32,000 nt of DNA, taken from positions 2,760,001 through 2,792,000 of the forward strand of contig CP001848.1 of the NCBI GenBank assembly GCA_000025185.1, given 5' to 3'. The DNA comes from Pirellula staleyi DSM 6068. Lineage in GTDB: Bacteria; Planctomycetota; Planctomycetia; Pirellulales; Pirellulaceae. The notes under the pieces are model-generated. The model was given only the letters and a program-made list of their open reading frames with translations, ran no database searches and had not been told where the DNA came from. How positions within the stretch are numbered: position 1 is the stretch's first letter; the number at the start of each line of letters is the position of its first letter. This document shows, one piece after another, positions 1 through 7,697 of the stretch. The translations under genes were made by a program, and so were the position numbers.

Positions 1-798
1 GAACCAGTCATCGCCATGAGTCGCTGGATCGAAAACCGCGCGCGGGGCAAACGTGTCTGGCAGCGCTTTCGCTCCGCTGTCGGCTATAGCGTCTGGGTAT
101 CGCTCGGAACCATCGTGCCACTCCTGTTGCTGCAATGGGGCTGGGGTGTTTTCATTTACTCGCCACTGCTCACCATGATTCGCGAATTCGGGCTTAGCAA
201 CATCCCAGTTCATTTCGAGGGGCTCGAGTGGTGGATGCTCCGAGGAGCGCCAGCCAGTTTGGCGCTGTACATCGCCGCGCTCGTCGCTGTCGGACTCTTT
301 CGAATCCTCAGCGGCCCACTCGCCTGGTCCCGCTTCAGCCGAGCTATACCCGTTCTTGGTCCGATGCAGCAATGGACATCTGCCGCCTGGTGGATGAAAG
401 ATCTTTCGCTGCTCCTAGAGTCCGAGCAGACCCTTCCTGCCGCAATTGCAGGGACAAGTCAACTCGGCCACGATCCGGTACTGATCGAGTTGTCCGAAGA
501 GCTTGGTCGCGAGATCGCATCCGGCCAAACGTTGGCTGCTTCCATCGGCCGCTTTAGTGAGATTCCAGGCTCGGTGATTCCGCTTGTTTCGCTCGGCGAA
601 AGGCAAAATTCACTTCCTGCCCAGTTGATGTGTGGTGCCGAGATTCTCGAGGCACGACTCGAAGCCTGGGCAGAATTCCTTTCCGGCACGCTCCCCACCA
701 TTTTGCTGATGTTGGTCGGTCTCGTGGCGTTCGGTCTGCTCTATCAATCGATTGCGATGGGACAGGTGATGATGATGGTGATACAAGGACTTACATAA
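1..798 (+). CDS. GspF/PilC-like (T2SS_F domain) membrane platform protein, probably truncated at the 5' window edge
   Basis: Frame 1 is open from base 1; the first in-window ATG is at 16. The translation has a TM helix, then a 'SPLLTMIREFGLSNIP' loop, then 'LPAAIAGTSQLGHDPVLIELSEELGREIASGQTLAASI...LGERQNSLPAQL', then a terminal TM. This matches the layout of the C-terminal half of GspF/PilC, so the N-terminal half would lie upstream of the window. Confidence 0.6.
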   Translation, partial: EPVIAMSRWIENRARGKRVWQRFRSAVGYSVWVSLGTIVPLLLLQWGWGVFIYSPLLTMIREFGLSNIPVHFEGLEWWMLRGAPASLALYIAALVAVGLFRILSGPLAWSRFSRAIPVLGPMQQWTSAAWWMKDLSLLLESEQTLPAAIAGTSQLGHDPVLIELSEELGREIASGQTLAASIGRFSEIPGSVIPLVSLGERQNSLPAQLMCGAEILEARLEAWAEFLSGTLPTILLMLVGLVAFGLLYQSIAMGQVMMMVIQGLT

Positions 799-864
799 AG
801 CGATGGAACGAGACCCGGTTCGGGCAGCCGAACGACCCTAACGTTTTTTGACGAACGATTTCTG

Positions 865-2124
865 ATGGGACCTGTTGCGTTTCTACTACTGCTGCCGCTG
901 GCCGTGGCCCTCAAGATGGCAAGTCGCCTACTCGAGCCGCTCGATCAACGTTCGCGCGCGAGCACGTACTATCTGCTCGATCAGGTAAGCCATCTTCTCT
1001 TTATTTTCGTACTGTTTGCTTTGATCTGGGTACTCACAGGGTGGCTCTCCCTGTTGGTGAACCTGCTGCTGATCGTGGTGCTGCTGATGTATGTCGATCG
1101 CTTTCGACGCGCCGAGCACGAAGCGCTCCTCTGGTCGCTCGCTATCTCAGCCGAACGTGGCGTGAACATCATCGAGGCCGCTGAAGCCTATGCAAGTGAA
1201 TCGACAAGCGACGTGGCAATTCGCAGCAGCGCCATAGCGACCTCGCTACGCGGTGGACAATCGCTCGAAAATGCGGTGCGTTATGCTCGCTTGCGACTCT
1301 CGACCTGCATGAAGCTTGCCGTCAGTTTCGGTGGACGCCTGGGCCGAGTTTCTCCTCTGCTGGAACTTCAGAAAAGCGAGGCCATGGCTGTCGCCAATCA
1401 GCTGCGAGGGCAAGTTCTGAATGTCATCATGCTCCTGTTTCAGCTGTTTGTGCTCTGCTTTGTCGTTTGCTTCACGATACTTAAGATTATGCCCGTGATG
1501 AGAAAAATATTAAGCGAGTTCGGTCTGAAAGAACCCGACGCTTTTCAGTTCGTATATCGGCTGCTTGAGCAAGACTGGTTCTTTCCGCTCGGTGGCATCA
1601 TCGTCACCGTAGTTGCGATTGCTGGGCCGATACTGATGGCTTTGCTGATCTTCATTTACGTCGGATGGATATCACGTGGTCTACCAGGAATCTCTTGGAT
1701 GACTCGCCGCTACGATGCGGCACTTGTCCTCGCGGGAATTCGGCACGGAGTGCTGGCAGGACTTCCGCTCGATGAAACGCTCCTGCGTTTGGCACAGGTT
1801 TATCCCCTTTGGTCGATTCGTCACCGACTCGAATTGGCCCGGCGACGGATTGCGGGTGGAGCCAACTGGACGACTGCTCTGCAGAACGTGGGGCTCCTTC
1901 CTCAGGCGGATGCGGCTCTGCTCGATTCCGCAGAGCGGGCTGGCAATCTCCCTTGGGCTTTGAAGGCAGTGAGTGAAGGACTCCTGCGGAGGCTATTGCG
2001 CTGGGCAGAGCGACTGAATCAATTCCTATGGCCCTGTTTGATTTTCATGCTCGGTGGAGTCGTCTTCTTCATGGGCTACGTGGTCTTCGTGGTGCTGTCC
2101 GAACTTGTGAGGTACCTCGCATGA
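865..2124 (+). CDS. GspF/PilC-like platform protein with two T2SS_F-type domains and an extra hydrophobic N-terminus
   Basis: 419-aa ORF starting at ATG 865. The first domain-like block is 'ERGVNIIEAAEAYASES...IATSLRGGQSLENAV'. The inter-domain loop is 'IMPVMRKILSEFGLKEP'. The second block, 'LPLDETLLRLAQVY...RRIAGGANWTTALQNVGLLPQADAALLDSAERAGNLPWAL', resembles the conserved GspF C-terminal signature. The stop overlaps the next start (ATGA at 2121-2124). Confidence 0.75.
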   Translation: MGPVAFLLLLPLAVALKMASRLLEPLDQRSRASTYYLLDQVSHLLFIFVLFALIWVLTGWLSLLVNLLLIVVLLMYVDRFRRAEHEALLWSLAISAERGVNIIEAAEAYASESTSDVAIRSSAIATSLRGGQSLENAVRYARLRLSTCMKLAVSFGGRLGRVSPLLELQKSEAMAVANQLRGQVLNVIMLLFQLFVLCFVVCFTILKIMPVMRKILSEFGLKEPDAFQFVYRLLEQDWFFPLGGIIVTVVAIAGPILMALLIFIYVGWISRGLPGISWMTRRYDAALVLAGIRHGVLAGLPLDETLLRLAQVYPLWSIRHRLELARRRIAGGANWTTALQNVGLLPQADAALLDSAERAGNLPWALKAVSEGLLRRLLRWAERLNQFLWPCLIFMLGGVVFFMGYVVFVVLSELVRYLA

Positions 2125-2552
2125 AAAACAGCTCTCCGCTGCGACGTGGAACCACGATTTCCGAAGCGGTCATCGCGCTCGCTCTTATTTCTGTTGCGAT
2201 GGTAGGTGTCGCGCAACTGATCTTCGTCGCGCGGCAAACACAAACCGTCGGTTTGGCCCAAAGAGCCTCGCTGAGTGAGCTCGCTTCGCTCGCCGAACAT
2301 TGCCGCGTCCTTGCTCCCGAGGAAGTCTCTTCAGCGACGATCGAGAAACTGCCGATGTCGGCCCAGTTTGCTCAACTTCGTCAAGCGAAAACCCATGCTG
2401 TTGTCACCAAAGTCGACGGCAGTCCCGCAGCTACTCTCATTCAGCTGTCCCTCTCGTACATCGATCACACCGGGTCGAGCCACGTCGTCGGACCAATTTC
2501 GATCTGGCGATTTGACGTCCCACCTGGTCGATCGGCCGAGGTGACACCATGA
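2121..2552 (+). CDS. Minor pseudopilin-like protein (prepilin-type N-terminal signal, GspI-like size)
   Basis: I chose ATG 2121 over the track's upstream start because it forms an ATGA overlap with the upstream stop. The N-terminus 'MKNSSPLRRG|TTISEAVIALALISVAMVGV' has a basic leader, a Gly at -1, a Glu at +5 and a hydrophobic helix, which is the class III signal pattern. 143 aa. Confidence 0.6.
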   Translation: MKNSSPLRRGTTISEAVIALALISVAMVGVAQLIFVARQTQTVGLAQRASLSELASLAEHCRVLAPEEVSSATIEKLPMSAQFAQLRQAKTHAVVTKVDGSPAATLIQLSLSYIDHTGSSHVVGPISIWRFDVPPGRSAEVTP

Positions 2553-3115
2553 ATGATTCACGATCGAAACAAAACCTTGCCCTACCTAGAAAGTATCGTC
2601 AATCTGCAGGGAAGTCGCTGGTCGAACTGATCGTCGTCATGTCGATCCTGAGCTTCATCCTCATGCAAGTCTCGACCATGATGGTTGTGCTCCTTCGGCT
2701 GAATGGTCAGATCGCTACGCAGCAGTCGGAACTTCTCGCTGAATCCCAGTTCATCGAGCGTTTTCAAAACGATGTGCGCGGTGCAGTGGCGTTATCGGTG
2801 GAGAAGGATTGTCAGCTGCAACTCGCCGATGGTCGCAGGGTGGCGTATTTCGAGCAAGAGACTCAGATGGTTCGCGAAGTGTCGGTGGATGGCAAAGTAG
2901 TTCATCGCGATGGGTTTAGTCTTGGGCTCTTGAGGCCGCCTGTTTTCGAGCGACAGCAGCAGGGTGTCGGTGTGCTGCTGAAATTGAGCTACAGCGTAGG
3001 TCGCGGGAGTTCTTCCAAGGAAAGCTTCGAAGTCGATCACGAATTGATCGTAGCAGCAGGCTATTACGCAGGGCTAACAACCTTGCCGAGTGTCAGCCAA
3101 GAGGTGATGCCATGA
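2549..3115 (+). CDS. Minor pseudopilin-like protein (prepilin-type N-terminal signal, GspJ-like size)
   Basis: ATGA overlap at 2549-2552. The N-terminus 'RQSAG|KSLVELIVVMSILSFILMQV' has Gly at -1, Glu at +5 and a hydrophobic helix. 188 aa. Confidence 0.65.
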   Translation: MNDSRSKQNLALPRKYRQSAGKSLVELIVVMSILSFILMQVSTMMVVLLRLNGQIATQQSELLAESQFIERFQNDVRGAVALSVEKDCQLQLADGRRVAYFEQETQMVREVSVDGKVVHRDGFSLGLLRPPVFERQQQGVGVLLKLSYSVGRGSSSKESFEVDHELIVAAGYYAGLTTLPSVSQEVMP

Positions 3116-3636
3116 TCGTGCGCGTCGTGCGTCGACGACGAGCAATCGCCATGGTGATTGCCATTGCGTTGCTTCTTTTGTTGTCGCTTATTTCGGCCAT
3201 CGTGGTTCGGCAAAGCATTGCCATGCTTGGTGCAACGGCGCGTCAGCTATCGCATCTTCAAGCAGAGCACTTGGCAACAGCGGCCGCCGATCGGGCGAGT
3301 CTCTTGCGCGAGGCTGATCCGGTGTTTGCCGGGGATACATGGAAGCCAACGACCTTCGACGATGAGCAGAGCCGCGCTTATCGACTGCAGGCCACCACGG
3401 CTATCAACGTCGATGACCGGGGAGCACCGCAGATCCAAATCACGATCGTGCGTGAAACGGCGAGTGGGCCAGTCACGCTCCTGTCAGTTCAGCGTCGCGT
3501 GATCGTTCGCACGAAGCCAGCTGACAGCGAAAACCCTAGTGACGACAAGACCGACGCGCCGGTCGAAAGTCCCCCACCCGAATCAACACCGAGCGAGAGC
3601 TCGGCGAGTGACAGCTCGACTAGAGCCAGTTATTGA
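3112..3636 (+). CDS. GspK/PilX-like N-terminally anchored protein; its present C-terminus and stop codon are supplied by the IS end
   Basis: ATGA overlap at 3112-3115. The N-terminus 'RRRRAIAMVIAIALLLLLSLISAIVV' is an Arg-rich leader plus helix without Glu at +5, as in GspK-type minor pseudopilins. The tail is P/S/E/T-rich. The last codons (aga gcc agt tat tga, 3622-3636) lie in the IS terminal repeat. Confidence 0.4.
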   Translation: MIVRVVRRRRAIAMVIAIALLLLLSLISAIVVRQSIAMLGATARQLSHLQAEHLATAAADRASLLREADPVFAGDTWKPTTFDDEQSRAYRLQATTAINVDDRGAPQIQITIVRETASGPVTLLSVQRRVIVRTKPADSENPSDDKTDAPVESPPPESTPSESSASDSSTRASY

Positions 3637-3639
3637 CTT
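3624..3639. repeat. IS left terminal inverted repeat
   Basis: AGCCAGTTATTGACTT equals the reverse complement of 4465-4480 except at position 5 (A versus T). Confidence 0.85.
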
Positions 3640-4436
3640 TGTCTGTAGATTTTTGCGAGGAGTATGGTGAGGAAGGCGAGCCAGTGGAAGTTGGTGAGCG
3701 TGACGGTGAGTCTCTCATAATCACGCGCGAGACGGCGGAAGCGACTCAGCCAACCAAAGGTGCGCTCAACAACCCAGCGGCGTGGCAATAGGACAAAGCC
3801 TCGCTTGGTCTCGGTATGTTTTATAACTTGTAATCTTATCGAGGATGCTTCAGCCTGCTCGGCTGCTGCGGCGCCCGTATAGCCTTGATCGACGTACGCT
3901 ATCTCCACGTTGCTGCCCGTCACCTCTTGCACTCTCTGCGAGAGGATGGCGACTTGGTCGCGGTCTTGCTCATTGGCTGCAGTGATGTAAACCGCCAGCA
4001 GATTTCCCAGTGTATCGACGGCAATATTGGCCTTCGAACCCTTCTTTTTCTTCGCGCCGTCGTATCCCGCGCGGCCTCCACTTTCAGGAGTCGATTGCAG
4101 CGTTCGAGCATCCATGATCACAGCGGTTGGCTGTTCGTCACGTCCTTCCAAAAGACGCACCATCAGCCTGAGGTCTTGCGCAATTTCCTCAAAGACTCCC
4201 GCTTCGAACCAGCGTCGCATTTGTTGATAGACGGCCCGCCACGGAGGCATTTCATGCGGCAGGAAGTCCCACTGGATTCCTGTTTTCACCACGTAGCGCA
4301 TGGCGTTAAACTGGTCGCGCAGTGAATAGGCGCGCTGCGGCACATCCTCGCGCATGAGGCTTAAGTAAGGGAGCAGGAATTCCCACTCCGCATCCGTTAC
4401 GTCGCTGGGATACGACTTCCCTGTCGTGTGTTTCAT
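3630..4436 (-). CDS. IS5-family DDE transposase (DUF4096-type N-terminal HTH + DDE_Tnp_1)
   Basis: 268 aa. The N-terminus is 'VTDAEWEFLLPYL...GIQWDFLP'. The D/D/E blocks are 'AVIMDARTLQS', 'IAYVDQGYTG' and 'RRWVVERTFGWLSRFRRLARDYE', typical of IS5-family enzymes. The stop codon lies inside the left IR. Confidence 0.9.
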   Translation of the reverse strand: MKHTTGKSYPSDVTDAEWEFLLPYLSLMREDVPQRAYSLRDQFNAMRYVVKTGIQWDFLPHEMPPWRAVYQQMRRWFEAGVFEEIAQDLRLMVRLLEGRDEQPTAVIMDARTLQSTPESGGRAGYDGAKKKKGSKANIAVDTLGNLLAVYITAANEQDRDQVAILSQRVQEVTGSNVEIAYVDQGYTGAAAAEQAEASSIRLQVIKHTETKRGFVLLPRRWVVERTFGWLSRFRRLARDYERLTVTLTNFHWLAFLTILLAKIYRQSQ

Positions 4437-4464
4437 CCCCTAACTACAGCAATTTCAAGCAGAT

Positions 4465-4480
4465 AAGTCAATAACAGGCT
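4465..4480. repeat. IS right terminal inverted repeat
   Basis: The reverse complement is AGCCTGTTATTGACTT. It contains TTGACT followed 17 nt later by TGTAGT just upstream of the transposase ATG, a plausible IR-embedded transposase promoter. Confidence 0.85.
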
Positions 4481-4558
4481 CTAGTGAACCACCCCTTAAC
4501 GAAACACCAGCTAATTCTGTGCTCCTCAGGAGAATATGCCGTGAAATGCCACCTTTCC

Positions 4559-5677
4559 ATGCTGCGATCGCATGCCACTGTTCGCCGCGCGTTCACACTC
4601 GTCGAGTTGCTGGTAGTTATCGCGATCATTGGTGTTCTCGTTGCGCTTTTGCTCCCAGCTGTGCAGGCAGCACGTGAAGCTGCTCGGCGTAGCAGCTGCC
4701 AGTCGCATCTGGTGCAGATGATCATCGCCGTGCATCACTACGAGTCGGTTTATCAGCGTTATCCTGCGGGTACTCAGGAACCGAAGGGCCCGATTCTGAG
4801 TGCTCCTCCTGGAATGCATCACGGCTGGCTGATCGCGCTTATGCCGATGGTGGAACAACGCAATGTGTTCAGCGCGGTCGATCCGAATGTAAGTGTCTAT
4901 CACAAAAAACATATCCCAGTCGTCGATGCTTCGCTTCCACTCCTCCATTGTCCCTCGGCTCCCACTCCGGACACAGGATATAGCGACTACGCGGCCGTGC
5001 ATCACGATGTGGAGGCTCCGATTGATACCACCAATAACGGCGTCTTCTTCCTCAACAGTAAAGTGCGTTACGACGACATCACCGACGGTTCGAGCAATAC
5101 GCTCTTCCTCGGCGAAAAGATCACCGATGCATGGGATTTGCATTGGCTTTCCGGTACCCGCGCTACGCTTCGCAACACGGGTGTGGTTCCCAACTTTTTA
5201 AGCTTTGCCAACGGTGGCATTGTTCGTCCTGGCAATGGAATTGGCTTCCAAATGCCCAGCGACTCGAGCGGCTGGGGCGGAGGTGCTGGGATGCCCGGCA
5301 TGCTTCCTGGAGAATTTCCTCCTGAAGAAGGAACAGCCCCCGCAGACCCTGAAGAAGAGATGATGCAAGATCTGGTGATTCCGGTGATGCCTGGGGCGAT
5401 GCCACCGGGAGGCACCATGGGGATGCCTGGAATGCCAAGTGTTCCAGGAATGTCAGGTATGCCTGGCATGCCCGGTATGCAGGGGCCGGGACCACCCTTG
5501 CCGAATATTGGCCCAGGAAACCCGCTCTTTGTGGGTGGCTTCGGCAGTTCTCACCCAGGCGGCGCCATGTTTGTGCTTGGAGATGGATCGAGTCGATTTA
5601 TCTCCAATGGCGTTAACCCCCAAGTCTTCTCATTGCTGGGAAATCGCCGCGATGGATCGCTTCCGCAAAAGTACTAA
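4559..5677 (+). CDS. DUF1559 family protein with prepilin-type N-terminal motif and C-terminal H-X9-DG motif
   Basis: '[47 protein letters not shown]' is the stereotyped DUF1559 N-terminus. The C-terminus '[20 protein letters not shown]' gives His, nine residues, then Asp-Gly. I chose ATG 4559; an alternative is GTG 4541, preceded by AGGAGA at 4528-4533. The track start at 4484 is a GTG inside the duplicated CTAG and is unlikely. Confidence 0.85.
   Translation: MLRSHATVRRAFTLVELLVVIAIIGVLVALLLPAVQAAREAARRSSCQSHLVQMIIAVHHYESVYQRYPAGTQEPKGPILSAPPGMHHGWLIALMPMVEQRNVFSAVDPNVSVYHKKHIPVVDASLPLLHCPSAPTPDTGYSDYAAVHHDVEAPIDTTNNGVFFLNSKVRYDDITDGSSNTLFLGEKITDAWDLHWLSGTRATLRNTGVVPNFLSFANGGIVRPGNGIGFQMPSDSSGWGGGAGMPGMLPGEFPPEEGTAPADPEEEMMQDLVIPVMPGAMPPGGTMGMPGMPSVPGMSGMPGMPGMQGPGPPLPNIGPGNPLFVGGFGSSHPGGAMFVLGDGSSRFISNGVNPQVFSLLGNRRDGSLPQKY
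5417..5485 (+). repeat. Imperfect tandem 9-bp (Met-Pro-Gly type) repeat inside the DUF1559 gene
   Basis: The units read atgggg / atgcctgga / atgccaagt / gttccagga / atgtcaggt / atgcctggc / atgcccggt / atgcagggg, in frame. They encode '[23 protein letters not shown]'. Confidence 0.8.
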
Positions 5678-5794
5678 GCAGCACTTCACTCCCTGCTTTG
5701 CAAGTGACCATTTCTCTGTGCAATGTGGTTTGAACTCTTTCTAGTAGCAGCCAGATTACTCTGCCCCATCACCGACCCACGCCCTATCCCAGCT

Positions 5795-6199
5795 ATGCCC
5801 AGTGGTCGCCAGCCCGACAAGAGAGCGGGGCGTGGATTCTCGATCACTTCGCTGCTGCTGTTAACGACTCTCGTCGCGTCGATCACTCCCATGGTGGTGC
5901 CGCTGATGCGCAAGTTGATCGAACGCCCGGTGATGATTCTGGAGGTCATCCCGATCTTTATCGCCGTATCGATTGCCATGGGGAAAGTTGGCTTGATGCT
6001 CGGACTGCACCAATATGATCGCTGGAATGCACTCTCCTACGGCGGGCTCGGACTCGTCGTGGGACTGCTGATCGCGCCGCTTGTGTTCCTCGAAGCAGAC
6101 GCCCTGGTTCAGGCGGCAATTGCGATTGTGTCGGGCTCGGTGATCATCGTCGGCTTTGCAGCTTTCGCCCGATCGCGCAGTCGTATACGGCCACGCTAA
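5795..6199 (+). CDS. Hypothetical small integral membrane protein
   Basis: The ORF is open over 5723-6199. I prefer ATG 5795 ('MPSGRQPDKRAGRGFSITSLLLLTTLVASI'), which gives a basic leader followed by a helix. There are about four predicted hydrophobic helices and no recognisable family. Confidence 0.4.
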   Translation: MPSGRQPDKRAGRGFSITSLLLLTTLVASITPMVVPLMRKLIERPVMILEVIPIFIAVSIAMGKVGLMLGLHQYDRWNALSYGGLGLVVGLLIAPLVFLEADALVQAAIAIVSGSVIIVGFAAFARSRSRIRPR

Positions 6200-6232
6200 A
6201 TTCTGATGATTCCCTGCGAACCACTCTGCTCG

Positions 6233-7492
6233 TCAGTTTTGACGAAAGTCGCTCGCGGCATCTTCTGAGGCATCTAGCTCCGACTCTTCCAATGCATCGG
6301 CAGGGAAGGGGTCGCTCAGCTGCTGCCAAGCTTCAGGACCGAGTTGCATCTCAGCGTCGGTGAGTAGCGCAGAATTCAAAAGTGCGGTTAAACCAGCAAT
6401 GTCGAGCTCGCTGCCAATGAAGACGAGTTCCTGACGACGATCGCCAAACTCTCCTTCCATCGTCGAGCGAATCGTGGCGAGATCTTGCTCGTCGTCGGGC
6501 CAATGTTCGGCAGGAGTAGCAGCCCACCAGTAACCACCTGCGGAAAACTGCAGACTGATCCCGGCTTGCGACCAGATGACACACAGGTTGTTACGTGTCG
6601 CCAGCCAGCAAAATCCTTTGCTCCGCATTACATGTGACATCTCTTCGCTATCGAGCACCTCTTGGAGTCGGGCTGGATGGAAGGGGCGGCGTGCATGAAA
6701 TGCAAAACTGACGATTCCATATTCGTCGGACTCGGAAGTCTCCTCGCCTCGCTCGGTGGCTAACCACTCGGCTGACGTCGCTGCTTTTTCAAGCGTGAAT
6801 CGACCGGTGCTCAGAACCTCGCTGAGCGGAATCTTTCCCCGCGTGCTACGAACGACGTGAGCATCGGGATTCAGCTTCCGCACCAATGCTTCCAGATGGT
6901 TAGCCTCTGCTGGACTGACGAGATCCATTTTGTTGAGGACGATGACGTTTGCGAACTCGACTTGATCGACCAGTAGATCGACAAGGCTGCGGCTGTCTTC
7001 CTCTCCGAGCGAAATTTCACGATCACGAAGATCATCGGCCGATGCAAAATCGCGAGGAAAGTTGAGCGCATCGACGACAGTCACCAGCGTGTCGAGTTGG
7101 GCGACATCGGACAGGGAACTGCCGGTTTCATCTTCGAAGGTGAAGGTCTCGGCGACAGGTAGGGGCTCACTGATGCCGGTCGACTCGATCAGCAGATAGT
7201 CGAAACGTCCTTCTCGGGCGAGTTTGTTTACTTCGATCAGCAGGTCTTCGCGAAGTGTGCAGCAGATACAGCCGTTGCTCATCTCGATGAGCTTCTCTTC
7301 GCCTCGAGTGAGTCCTGCGGTTCCTTGGGCCACCAGTTGAGCATCAATGTTGATTTCGCTCATATCGTTGACGATCAGGGCGACTCGCAGGCCTTCGCGG
7401 TTCTCGAGGACGTGCTTGAGCAGCGTGGTTTTCCCCGCTCCGAGGAATCCCGAAAGGACCGTGACAGGGAGTTTCTTCGTAGTCGTCGACAT
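6233..7492 (-). CDS. COG0523 (CobW/YjiA/ZigA-like) G3E-family GTPase, putative metallochaperone
   Basis: The start is at 'MSTTTKKLPVTVLSGFLGAGKTTLL' (P-loop). Other motifs are the CxCC motif 'NGCICCTLRED', 'ESTGISEP' and NKxD as 'LNKMDL', plus a CobW C-terminal-like domain. The 97 aa upstream in the track ORF have no family features and were dropped. Confidence 0.85.
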   Translation of the reverse strand: MSTTTKKLPVTVLSGFLGAGKTTLLKHVLENREGLRVALIVNDMSEINIDAQLVAQGTAGLTRGEEKLIEMSNGCICCTLREDLLIEVNKLAREGRFDYLLIESTGISEPLPVAETFTFEDETGSSLSDVAQLDTLVTVVDALNFPRDFASADDLRDREISLGEEDSRSLVDLLVDQVEFANVIVLNKMDLVSPAEANHLEALVRKLNPDAHVVRSTRGKIPLSEVLSTGRFTLEKAATSAEWLATERGEETSESDEYGIVSFAFHARRPFHPARLQEVLDSEEMSHVMRSKGFCWLATRNNLCVIWSQAGISLQFSAGGYWWAATPAEHWPDDEQDLATIRSTMEGEFGDRRQELVFIGSELDIAGLTALLNSALLTDAEMQLGPEAWQQLSDPFPADALEESELDASEDAASDFRQN

Positions 7493-7564
7493 GATCTTTT
7501 CTCGCTCGCCCCAATGGCTGTCTGCCGTCAAGCAGGCCTTGCTTCGGAGTATGACAGTAAAATA

Positions 7565-7630
7565 GTTGTGCTTGTGACACTCTATCGCATTTGCATTTGT
7601 GTTGCAATAGCAGGTTTGTGCTTGCAATGG
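7565..7630. repeat. Three direct copies of a TTGTG(C)TTG-core motif, two extended to TTGCAAT, in a divergent intergenic region
   Basis: The copies are gTTGTGCTTGtgac (7565-7578), tTTGTG-TTGCAATag (7596-7610) and tTTGTGCTTGCAATgg (7615-7630). The TTGCAA palindromes at 7602-7607 and 7622-7627 start 20 bp apart. On the minus strand, TTGCAA (7602-7607), a 17-nt spacer and TAGAGT (7579-7584) form a sigma70-like promoter candidate for the GTPase gene. Confidence 0.35.
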
Positions 7631-7697
7631 TGACCATGACCGGCGATCACAAGGATTGGGTGTCGCGAGCGAATAACAGGGAGAAGGAGAGCCGCGT

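Larger units (their letters stand above)
3620..4484 (-). mobile_element. IS5-family insertion sequence (857 bp, 3624-4480) with flanking 4-bp CTAG direct repeats
   Basis: Terminal inverted repeats are AGCCAGTTATTGACTT (3624-3639) and the reverse complement of AAGTCAATAACAGGCT (4465-4480), matching 15 of 16. CTAG lies immediately outside both ends (3620-3623 and 4481-4484). A single DDE transposase ORF fills the interior. Confidence 0.85.

Noticed and set aside
818-848. A hairpin (gttcgg gcag ccgaac) plus a T6 run between the two GspF-like genes, considered as an internal terminator.
   Set aside because: The stem is only 6 bp and the T run starts 10 nt after it. It sits inside an apparent operon and is too weak to call.
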